Part shown: positions 26,944 through 39,060 of the stretch, piece by piece
How the letters are laid out: each line of letters begins with the position of its first letter
How positions within the stretch are numbered: position 1 is the first letter of the stretch
The notes under the pieces: model-generated
Seen by the model: the letters and a program-made list of their open reading frames with translations, nothing else
What the model was told of the DNA's origin: nothing
The model's database searches: none
Made by a program: the position numbers and the translations under genes
Assembly (NCBI GenBank): GCA_964247055.1
Contig: OZ176052.1
Span: 2,480,001-2,544,000, forward strand
Source of the DNA: Paragordius varius
Taxonomy: Eukaryota; Animalia; Nematomorpha
Length of the DNA: 64,000 nt
Direction of reading: 5' to 3'

Positions 26944-29716
26944 ATAGAAATTAATTAAAGCACTTTTATTATCATCATTATAATTTGCGCAAAGTTATCA
27001 CAGTAAAAAGTTAATTTAAGATCAATTATCATATAAATATATTGGTAAAAAATATAAGTATGGATTATGGATGGTGAGGTAATGGAAATATGTATGTGCC
27101 AATAAAAAGATGTTTATGCTAAAAGCGTGTTTATTTTTTGACATTGGGACTTTACTATTTGAATAAGTTATTATATTCCCTGAACATATATGCTTCCACA
27201 TTTTTATGAATTTTAACAATAAAATATTCGACTTTTTAATTATTACATTTGCACTTTTTTATAGATCATACATGCGCGGGTGTTTCTTGCACCAGAAATT
27301 TAATAAAAATATATATTCTTTTATCTTTTAATTTAATTGTAGACGATAAAATTTTGGAGTAAATTGGTGCCTTAGAGCTTTCATAATATTCGGACATTAA
27401 AGGTACTTTTCTCTATCATAATTGGGGAAGCATTAAATTTGTAGTATTCTTCAACAGAAAACCAAACATTACTGAGTTACAAAAAATTTGACCATAATGA
27501 ATTTAAATTTGCGATATATAATTATGATTTCCTCAAAAGAAAAGAAAGTATGAAATGGTGCATTTACATGGTAGAGATATATTAATCATCCAATGTGATT
27601 TTAAGACGGTAAATATTTTGGTCAGGATATGTAGCAAAAAATATTTTTTGGTTGATTTAACAATATAAATTCAATTCAGTTAAATAATTAAAAAATTATC
27701 TTAACAATCGTATAAGAAGGCACCGTTTGCGTTTTTCACTCTAGTTATATTTTCATTTAATACGGGAAGACAAGTTGAGGTGGTTTTCCAGCCCAGAGCT
27801 CAAAGTAGTAAACAAACTTATGTTTTAATAATTGTTTTGGTTTAAGTTTAATTATCTAACCCTCTTCTCCTGTATCAAATAAAATTTAGAGATTTTTCCA
27901 TTTACTAACTTCTACACTAAATTCAGATACATTGAAACGAAAAACTCACAATAAAATCAATAATTATCAAATGCTAGTAAATTGTTACATAAAAACTTTC
28001 CAAAAAAATATTTAAATTTTGACCGAATTAGCATTAATTTGAGGTTGTAATAGCGATTTAACAATCCAATACCTTTTGGGGTAGTTTATCCCAAAGCGAT
28101 TTGAAATTTGAATATTTTAAAAAGTATTAAAGGTAGTAAGCGGAATTTAAATATATGCTTTCTTTAGCCTATTTGGCGCATCATGCAAAAAGATTTTATT
28201 AAAATGTAATAATCCCTATAACAAATTTTTTTCCACCATTTTTTTCTATAAAATTTAAATAGCTAATGCAAAATGCAAATAAATATATATTATTTTTGAA
28301 AATGTAACTAATTAACTTTATAAATCCAGGCTACATTTTACTAGCAAAAACTTTATAAATTTTGATTTTAATATCATCTGTTCGTTTTATCTTTGGAGGT
28401 GTCCCAATTTTAGGCTGCAGAATCACAAAACTGTAAAATATAGCTTTATCAAATACATGAAAACAATGTTTTTCGTAGTTTATTTACAAAATTGATCTCT
28501 GCGATATAAAAGTACTCCAATATGTAAACTAGGATAAAAAATGATAAGATAATGATGTTAAAAAAATAAATAAAAATGGCTGAAAATTTTTAACATTTAT
28601 TTATAATATTACATATTAAAAATTGTATCATGCGCCAAAAAAAAGTTTTTAATTTGGCTCAATGCAAAAAAATTTTTAAATATAATTTTAAATTGTTCTG
28701 TGCTAAAAACTGCCTAAAAGGCCATAAAGTGTTATTATCATTTATATACATAATCATTTAATTTAATATGTTTAACAAAAAAATAGTTTACCCATGGTAT
28801 ATATGGATTTTTATTGTATCTTAGACTTTATAAAACATTCATTAGCGGAATTCAATGGTGTTATGTATGGCAATTATTTCGTTTATTAAATTATTTTTGA
28901 AAAGAAAAAACTATATATATATATATATATATAAATATCTTTCTGTGGAAAATAATTTATAATTAAAGAAATTAGGACTAACATATCTTTTAAGTGACGA
29001 GAGCCGCATATAGGACACCCCTGGTTCGGAACATTTAGCGCAGTGTAAATGAAATTTTAATCCCTTATTTTAACTATTTTCTTTTTACATCAATTTTTCT
29101 GTACAACCTACATATTTCCAATTTTTAACCTAAAACAAAAGGTTATTTAAAAAATTTTGTTAAAAAATTTCATTATTTTTTTATATAAAAAAATATCCCG
29201 TGACTTTTTAACGTTTTGCCGTTATAATATTGTTTTCGTATTTTAATCGACATATTCCCATCAAAACCCAAAATAGATTATATTAAAAAAATCGATCTTT
29301 AAAAATGATGATTTTCTCCCATAAAAAAATATTTTGTTTTCTTACGTTTTAGCGTTTTGTAGTTAAAATAATCTCAAATTCACCCTAAATGAAATTATGT
29401 GTTTTCGTATTAAACATTAACCATATATTTTTAAAAATGAAATTTAGTATAATATTAAGATTATACTGAAAAATTAATAAACTATGCCATAAAGAAATAT
29501 TTCATATAAATGATAAGTTATATCAGCCCGAAAAAACATAATTTATTTTAAGAGTGAACTTTAATTGTGCAAGGGTTTTGAATTATCCAAGAGTTAACAT
29601 GTGTAAATGGTATAACACTATGCATAATTAATTTTTTCATATTTATTAAAGTTTAATCGAATTTTAAATAAATTATGTGTATTATATGCAAAAATAAAGA
29701 TTTGTAATATTATAAG

Positions 29717-30372
29717 CTAAAACAAAAACTCTAAATTTTGACTAGGTTGCGCAATTAGTTTTTGAAATTCTTTAAATTTAGGATGAGATGCATCACGTAA
29801 TAAAGTTAATATAACGCTTTCAGTGCTTGTAATATTTATACCATTCATAGCCATGTGCCGCATCGCAATATTTCTAAAAAATGAATCGATTAAATATTTT
29901 AAGCTTTATTTATATAATTAAAATTTGTAGTAAAGAAAGTGTACCTATCAACTAAACTTCTGCTGGAGGTGGTGTCTGCAACAAGATATACATTTTTTTG
30001 ATTTAAAAAATCAAAAGCGGTTTGTTGAATACAAGCGTGCGTTTCAATACCAGTTAAAACAAGATTTTCAACGTGAGAAATATCTTTAATATATTCTTTA
30101 ATTGGTTCTACGCACATAGAAAATTGAGTTTTCTCGTATATTGGTAAGTTTTCCAAATTAATTTCTTTAACCGTATGACCCAAACCTTTCGGATATTGTT
30201 CTGTGGCTAGTATTGGAATATCCAAAAATTTTGCACATTTCAATAATTTGTTAATATTCACAATCAAATCATCAAAATTTTTAATAACGCTTTTAAACTT
30301 CTCTTGAACATCGCAAATCAAAAGGCAAGTATTTTTAGGTTGGAGTGGTGTAAATTTAAATATTTTAGCCAT
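29717..30372 (-). CDS. ISOC1/2: Isochorismatase domain-containing protein (ISOC1/ISOC2 family), 2 exons, 194 aa
   Basis: Exons 30372-29945 and 29873-29717 with a 71-nt GT-AG intron. Motifs LLICDVQEKF, TEQYPKGLGHTV, EKTQFSM, GIETHACIQQT, VADTTSSRSLVDR and TSTESVILTLLRDASHPKFKEFQKLI give the cysteine-hydrolase D-K-C triad. Confidence 0.95.
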
Positions 30373-30908
30373 AAAGGGTTGCACATGTTGTTTTTTATTC
30401 TTATATATAAATTTCACTTAATATTTTAACTAAATTACTTTGAATACTTCATTCCTTTATGGGATTTTTGGTGTTAACTATTTAAAATATTGGACCAAAT
30501 TAAAAAATATTCATTTTTAGGCAATTTAAGTATTTAAATTACTTTAATCCTAATAAATATTTATCTCAAGCTTTAGCCATAAATTTTTAAGCTGATTATT
30601 TAATCGAGTTTTAAAACTAATAATATATACCCACAACTGTAAATACCCTTTTTGTTTAATATCACCGTGTCCAAAAAACATAACCTAATGAAATAGACAT
30701 ATTCTAATAGCTAATGCAGGATTATCATGGCGCTTTTCGTAGTTTTTACGAGTGAAAAAGTTATTTTCACTTTTATGGTATGTTTTTCAGAAAATGGCAA
30801 AATCGCACATGTTTTTTAAATAATTTTTTTTGGTGAAAGCTGAAGGATTTATTCCTAAACGTAGTCCTAAATTTTAATGCTCATCTAAAATAATCAAGTT
30901 TTCTTTAA

Positions 30909-31487
30909 AACTTCGATTGAAATTGGGGTATCTAAATATCCCAGACTAAATTTAAAATAAAATTTTTAAAAAACTACTGAAGGAAACGGTCCCAATTTAA
31001 ATTTATGCTTCTATCCTGATAAATATTATATAAATATGCTAAACTATCTTGATAAAATTTTGTTTTGGAAAAAAAGTTCCATCTCAAACTACTTAGACGC
31101 CATTTTTTTACAAAAACTTTGCAAAATATTTACTTCATTTAATTTTAAGGGTAAAACTAAAGCTTATTTTTTATATAAATTACATCTAACATTGATAGAA
31201 ATAGAAAAAGCGGTTTATTTTGTATAATTTTTAAATTTTACAATTTGACACATGTCACGTTGACTAAATTTTTACCTTTCAGTTTTACCTCAAAATAAGT
31301 AATATCAAGTATTTTTGAATAAAATCTTTTATATATTTCGGTTTATTAATGTTAATTAAGTGCAAAGTTTTGCCAAGATTTCGATATCTTCCATATTTTT
31401 TAAAGAATTTAATTTTAAACAGGCCTGGGGTATTTAACTACCCCAATTTGAATCGAAGGACTAAAATGAATGTGTTGTATCCAAGTG
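30909..31487 (+). mobile_element. piggyBac-like MITE copy A (~580 bp, TTAA target)
   Basis: TTAA|aACTTCGATTgAAATTGGGG ... CCCCAATTTGAATCGAAG-spacer-CAAGTG|TTAA; colinear with copies at 31982, 48374 and 53530. Confidence 0.8.
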
Positions 31488-31638
31488 TTAAAAAAAATGT
31501 AGGAACGCGATAAAAATTTTAACTATAAGCTAAAGATAAAGCGTACTTTATATTATTGTCTTAATGGAAACGGTTTGAAAACATTTTATTAAAAACCTAT
31601 TCTCTATGATGCTATACATTTCTATCACCTAAATTTAA

Positions 31639-32798
31639 CACTTGGATACAACACAACCATTTAAGTCCTTCGATTCTAATTGGGGTAGTTGGATCCCCCA
31701 GGCCTTTTTAAAATTAAATAATTCAAAAAATATGCAATGAATTAAAACCTTGGCAAAAATTTGCACATTTATTACATTAATGGATCTAAATATTTAAAAA
31801 ATTTCATTCAAAAATACTTAATATTACTTATTTTTAGCTAAAACCTCAAAGTAAAAATTTAGTCAACGTGACATGTGTGCCTTAGCTAAATTTAAAAATA
31901 TTGCAAAGTAAACCATTTTTTCTTTTTCTCTCAATGTTAGATATGATTTAAATAAAAAATTAGCTTTCATTTTAGCTTTAACACTTCGATTCAAATTGGA
32001 TCTAAATACCCCAGACTAAATTTAAACTAATATTTTTAAAAAAACTACTGAAGGAAACGGTCCCAATTTAAATTATGCTTCTATCCTGATAAAAATTATA
32101 TAAATATGCCAAAATATCTTGATAAAAATTTGTTTTAAAAAAAAATTTCCATGTCAAACTACTTCGACGCCATTTTTATTTTACAAAATTTTTGCAAAAT
32201 ATTTACTTCATTTAATTTTAAGGGTAAATTAAAGCTAATTTTTTATATAAATTACATCTAACATTGATAAAAATAGAAAAAACGGTTTATTTTGTCTTAT
32301 TTTTTAATTTTGCAATTTGACACATGTCACGTTGACGAAATTTTTACCTTTCGGTTTTAGCTTAAAATAAGTAATATCAAGTATTTTTGAATAAATTTTT
32401 TTATATATTTCGGTTTATTAATGTTATATAAGTTCAAAATTTTGCCATTGTTTCGATTCCTTCCATACTTTTTAAAGTATTTTTTAAACATGCCTGGGGT
32501 ATCCAACTACCCCAATTTGAATCGAAGGACTAAAATGAGTGTGTTGTATCCAAGTGTTAATATCAAATAAATACGATATTTTGCTTATAATTATCGAAAA
32601 TAAAAATGGCGCCGAATTAGTTTGATATGGAACTTTTTTTCAAACCAAATTTTATTTAGATATTTCAGCTTATTTATATAATTTTGATTAGGATAGAAGC
32701 ATAAATTTAAAATGGGACCATTTCTTTCAGTAATTTTTTTAAAAAATAAATTTAAATATAGTCTGGGGTATATAGATACCTTAATTTGAATCGAAGTG
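31639..32798 (-). mobile_element. piggyBac-like MITE copy B, split by nested copy C
   Basis: Reverse-complement copy: its right end starts after TTAA at 31635-31638, it is interrupted at an internal TTAA (31978-31981), resumes after 32560 and ends GAAGTG|TTAA at 32798. Confidence 0.8.
31982..32556 (+). mobile_element. piggyBac-like MITE copy C nested inside copy B
   Basis: Full 575-bp copy with perfect TTAA on both sides (31978-31981 and 32557-32560). Confidence 0.85.
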
Positions 32799-34380
32799 TT
32801 AAATATTCGTTAATTTTTATGTAGATTAACCATGTTACAACAAAATTTAATCAAAACAACTTTTAAAACAATAATGGTTTACAAGTTTAAACTATATATA
32901 AAAATTAGCGCAAAATGTTATGGAATAGCAAAATAAAAAGATAGAGCTAAAGTGTTTCGTATGAAATATGATTATTTGTCTGTAAACAACAGACAAAATC
33001 TATTTTATTTCTTTAAATATCTTAAACTTTTTGTACTAGATTAGGTCATTATGTCCAATACAGACTAAAGAATATTGGGATGAAATATATATCCCTGGTA
33101 TTTTAGGTTTTGGGGCTATTGGCTTTATAGGAAAGTTATTCAACTGTGATCATTGAAAATCTCAGGCATATTATGTTTCTAAATACTTTGTTCCTAACAA
33201 TATATCATAAACGATATTTACGCATTCTATAATTTTAATTATAAATTTTAGACGTAAAAAGTCGGCATATTTTGGACCGTTCTAAAATGGGTTATGGATC
33301 AAAAATTTAATATTAATAAAATATTAATTTGCTTTGTTTTATGTTATATTTTCATTTCTGGAATCAAGTATTACCAATAATAATTTATTTATAAGTCCGC
33401 TAAATTTGCGATTTCGATAGGAAAGATTAACCATAAATTGTTAATTTTGATTATTAGAAAGTCCCAGAACCAAAAACACTATAATCATAGTTCATCTATC
33501 TATCAGAAATATTTCAATAAAATAATTTTATACCCCACTTCCCATCCCACACTATAATACTAAAGTTTGTTCAAATATTTCAATACATAATGTGGGAAAA
33601 CATTTATAATAATAATCATCATTTATCATGGTAAGGTACAACTGAGTCGGTATTTCATATTTGAAAAAAATTTCCTATTACTTAAACCATTTTTAGAAGC
33701 AAACACATATATATTTATAAAATAAAGTAAGTTGTGAAACTTCTAAAAGTTATATAGCATAGATATTTATAAACTTTTAATTTTAGTTAAAAATTGAACC
33801 AGGTTTTGAAAATTTAATAAAAAATCTGGATATTGTTTCTAAAAAATAAAATAACTTTATTATTGTAAAAACTTATTAATATTTAAGATGATAGACATCT
33901 TCACTAGCATTAGGTAAAATATTAATAATATAAGATTTCGGGCATGATGCAAAATAAATAAAAACAACTTTAGGAGATAAAACTCATTTATGTATAATTT
34001 GAATAGTATTAAAATAATTTATTAACTAATCGCATTCGACTAAGTCACTGCGACGCGTGATAGATACATCCAATTAAATATAAATATTTAGGGCCTTGAT
34101 CCAATTCGTATGAAATATATTTAGAGTATTAAAAGGACATAAAATAAATTTAACGGTATTTATTTGCATAAATTAAAACATTAAACTTTCAGCGTTTCTT
34201 TGGTTTAAAATGCCTGTGTTACGCTAAAACCTTTACTTCTTTTTGTTATCCTATAGAAATAATAAAAAATATTATTGCATGATCTTTATAAATAATACTT
34301 ACCTGTATTTATATGTAATAACATAATAAAAATTATACAGTTTAGAGTCTCTTTTTTCTTTTTTATTTAAGGGTAAGGAC

Positions 34381-37374
34381 TTAAATTGTATCCGGACATA
34401 TGAGGGCTTTAACACTCGCCTGCCCAGGGCTGACAGTGATGTTGGAAAAATTGCGTAGTTTCGGGGTTCGAACACTGGCACGCAGTGTAAGAGTCCGGCG
34501 CCCTACCTACTATAACATCACGCTTTTAATAACCATAATAACTACAATTTATTCATTTACAATTCATAAAAATCTAACTTTAATTAACCACTAGTTAAGA
34601 TTTTATTTTAGCTGATGAAAATTTGGTTACTTATAATTTGCTAAAATATTCAAAAGTTTAATATATTAAAAATAAACTTGTTTCTTTTTGATATCGTAAT
34701 CATCGAAATCGAACGGGAAGATGTCATCATCTAGGGCTGGTTCATACATATCTTTCTCTTTTTTATTAATGTTATCGTCATTCTTGCCTGTTGCGCCTTT
34801 TGGTGTTTTATTGTTTTCGTCCGTTTCAGGTGTTAAAAGCTTTGTTTTTTCATTGGGTATTGGGTTAAGATTATCAGGATTAGTATTAGCAGTACCCTTT
34901 TCATCCTCACCAATGTTTAATAATACTTGCTTTGAAGTTTCATCATTTTTATCAGTGGTTAAATTACCATTCTTATTTAAATCGTCCAATTTCGATTCCG
35001 TAATACCATTCTGTTCAGACACTTTGGAATTTACAGGAGGCGTGGTACCAACAGCAAAAATGTTTGCGGTCGTTGTAGAACTGATTAATGTCGAAGATGG
35101 TTTAACTTTTAACATACTTCCGATCCGTTTCATAATACTTCCTCTTGGTCCACCAGCATAACGCTTATTACCGGCCATGTTCATACCCCTTAACAGAGAC
35201 ATTGAAACGGAACCTTCAGGCCCATCTAAGCTCCCCGCAATAAGATTATTACTGTCAAATTTAGATAAGCCTATTGGCACAGGTTTGGCAGTTGATTTTC
35301 CTTTTAAAACTGTCATTGTGGAAGGAGCTACATTATCCGCTACATTTTGGCGATTCGGCCCTTTAGTAATATGTAAAATTTATAGAAGACGACAATTTAC
35401 GATTCTCAAACCGAAATAAAAATAGTACCAAGAACGTATGATTCAATGTCTATTGCATTTATATTAGTTTCTTCGGGTATTGGCTGAAGTGGCAAAAATA
35501 AGGCATCTTCTGGTGCGACTTTAACATTAACTGCTGAGCCCATAGGAACTTCTTTTTCAGATTGCGCAGCAGCAGCTGTATAAGGCAATTTGACATCTTT
35601 TTGGTCCCAGAAAGAATCTTTTATCAGTTCTGGGTGCTCATTGTGCATTTCATCCACAAACACATACCCAATCTTTTGTTTAAAGAAATAAATGTTCAGC
35701 GAAAATTTTTTTAAACATTAAATTGTGTAAAATAAATGTGTTATATTTACCCTTAAATTTCTATCGATAAGAAAATTAATTTCAAAATCATCATCGTCCT
35801 CGCCAAACGGATTGAAAATGGTTGCAGCAATTTTTAGCCATCCCATGTAAAACAGGAATTGGAACAAGAAAAATATGGATGAAAGGTAGCTAAATTCCGT
35901 GTCCGAAGTTGCGGTGAACAGAGAATCTTTTTTTGCCACAGCTGCTGATTCCAAATCAACCAATTGTTTAGCCATTAGATTAGTGAGAAAGTAGGAATAT
36001 ACGGCTATAATTACTACCTGAGTGTATACCAATGGTATACACACCCAATCATAATCAAACGTTCTCCGACACGTTTCATTATAGTTGGTTACTTCATCGA
36101 TGAGTTTGGAAAAAGCATATTCATCTTGAATCCTTCCTTCCTTACGGCACAAACAGATAAGGGTATTACACCAAGCCAATGGGATCCACCATTTGGGATA
36201 AGCACATTTAATTTTATCATAAGCTTCTTTTTCGTTTTGAGACATAACCCCCGCAATCACGAGGTGATCTACTGTAGGGAAACGTTTTTTTGCCGATGTC
36301 GCAATTTGTCGCATAAGTAGAATGAAAGCTATATTGACGTATCTAAGAAAAAGATGTAATAATTTTAAGAATACTCTTTATTAGTTTTAGCCATTTAAGT
36401 GGCGCACCCGCAAGCAAATGATATTTATCCATAATTAAAAAACACAACTCTATGCACAAAAATTAATTTAAGGGTGCTTATAAAGCTAACGTTGGTATTG
36501 AGTATCTATCACACCATTATATTGACATTTTCCTATGACAATATACCGTTAAAAATCAAAACATTTCTGATATAAATGATGGTTTTATTTAAATAAACAA
36601 CTCCGAGTTGTTTCATTATATATAATATAAAAGTCATAATGAAGGCGTAATGAAATATTATAAACCTAATTATTGTTCGGCGTAAAAGTCGACTTCTTTC
36701 ATCCTGACCCATAATGAAAGCTGAAATGCTGAAACCCAATGTATCCGGCCAAGGCAATGTATCATACCTAATAATTGTTCAATACCATATTTTGTGGTTT
36801 TTAAAATTATTTTTTTAACTTGCCTTTAGTTTTAATAAAATTATATCAAATAAAATTGTTCACTAAATTTACCTGCTCCAAAAACGGTTTACAACGACCG
36901 TAATGTAAAAACCCAGTATAAAAGCAATTGGAATTCCATCGGCAATTTTCTGGCACGTGTAAACGGCAGTTTGGAAATTTCTCCTGGTATCAACGTTAGA
37001 TTTTAACCCAAACCTGATTGGGGTAAAATATATCTCTTATAATAACAGTTTGTAATAGTCTGTTTTGTTACTATAAACTAGTTGCAAAGGATATAATAAA
37101 TACAACGACAGAATACAAATTAATTCTCCAAAGAAAATAAAGCAAAGTGTGGATTATTTTAAATAAATAAAATTTTAAAACCGTATAATATTTATATTAA
37201 AATAAATTTTAATAAAATCTACCTGTATGTCAAGTTTATAACAAGATAAGCCATCACAAACAACAAAAATTCTCTCCATAAAATTTTATACACCGTTCCT
37301 TTCCACCTTATCAGAATTTTCCAGAAGACTGAAAAGGATTCAGTCGCTACGTCTGCTGAATAGGAAACTGTCAT
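34381..37374 (-). CDS. BEST: Bestrophin family Ca2+-activated anion channel
   Basis: MTVSYSADVAT...WKGTVYK start, neck segment IPIAFILGFYITVVVNRFW, PWPD, KKRFPT, YDWVCIPLVYTQVV, Ca-clasp NPFGEDDDDFEINFLIDRNL, then DEMH...DSFWD...LPYTAAAA. About 7 exons; the last exon (ending DTI-stop at 34381) is inferred from phase only. Confidence 0.95.
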
Positions 37375-39060
37375 TTTTGAAGAATTACTTCTTACATTTT
37401 TAAAAGATTATTTCATTATTGTTTAATATCAATTTTCATCCAATTAAAAATTTACAATCGATTACTTTTAAAAATATATATACTAATGATTTGCATTGTT
37501 GTACATATGCATATATTAAATTTTTATCCTTATTTATTACATTTTTTGATTCTCATTGATTGTAACCAATAAAATTGATGTATTTGGGTGTTTTTTTAAT
37601 AGAATGTCTCATTTTACAGTGATTGGAAGATATATACAATATTTTTTACTTCATAAAATTGCAGACTACTTCATGAGGCCAGGCTGCTAAGATTTTTAAT
37701 ATAGTACATATTGGATTAATGGATTTGTAGTTTCTGTTTGGAAATTTATAATATCTTATGCTTCTAAGTAAATGCCTGAACATACACGAATTTTCGTTTG
37801 GGTTATATTATCGGCCCTCAAAATTATGGCAATTTTTCGCCTAATTAAATCAATTCAACTTTAATTCAATTGTTAAATAAAGCAAATATTATTTTAGCTC
37901 AGAATATAATAATGGGATTACTAAATTTAATTCTAATAATTAAACATAAATTTAGTTGAGTGCATAAATTTTTCTAAACGGATAAATAAAATGTTACATT
38001 TTTATGCGGTTATTCTGGTACTATACCATTAGTTCATTAAAAAAATTTTATCTTTTAGAGAAAAATATTTGATAAACATTTATAATAATTTGTCAAAATT
38101 TTTAAAATTTATGAGCCCTTTTGGAATAGGATTTAAAATTTAACTGCGTGTGAAAACCTTGTGAAGTCATTTATAAAAGTAAGTCCTAAATAAATATTTT
38201 ACACAATTTTTGAGAATCAAGCAAATTTTTCGAGTTGGTCTGTCAGTGCATGGATATATTATATTCATTGTTTCACTTTCAAAAATGATGAAAATATTAT
38301 ATAAATTTATCACCAGATCTAAATATATATATATAAAAACAGTGTTATAATAAAATTAATGAAAATATTGGAAAATTTTAATTTTTTTGAATGTTCATTG
38401 ATTATATTCAATTTTTGCTACATCAACATGGATAGGAAATTGTGGAGTCTATTCATTAGTCAGGGCCATTAAGTACTGCAATTAGAAGCGATTAGACATC
38501 GGTTATTATTTTATGAATAGTCAAAAACCTAACCCTAATATATAGTAAATATTATAAGTAACCATTAGCTGAGAGTGCAAAAGCTTTTGTGAATCTGGTA
38601 TACAAAACCCTAATATAAACTGTATATATTTTGGATGAAAAAATAAGAAAAATAAAGAGGTTAAATATTAGCTTAGATTTCTTTTTTCCGAAATTTATGG
38701 GGTTAAATCAACTAAATTTATATTTATTTTGAAGTGCTTTAAAATGCCCACAAAGTTGTGTTGTTATCTATCCGTGGCCTTGGCCGTAAGGCAAATAATT
38801 GCAAAATTAAAAGTCATATTAAAAACCCCTAAGCTTAATTATAAAATGCTTTATCTTTTAATACTTACAAATTCTCTATATATGATATAATACATTTACT
38901 GGTATTACCACCGGTTGGATAATGTTATGATCCATATATTACAATTTTTTCAAGCTTAATTATTGAATTATCATAGTAAATTTTGTAAATTTGTTTTAAT
39001 TTATTTTCCATATTTCGTAACATATAAAAATATTTAATTTTATTTAATAAAATTTTTATA

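Noticed and set aside
34721-35419. + strand ORFs overlapping bestrophin as an antisense gene
   Set aside because: Shadow frames of a long coding exon; no independent evidence.
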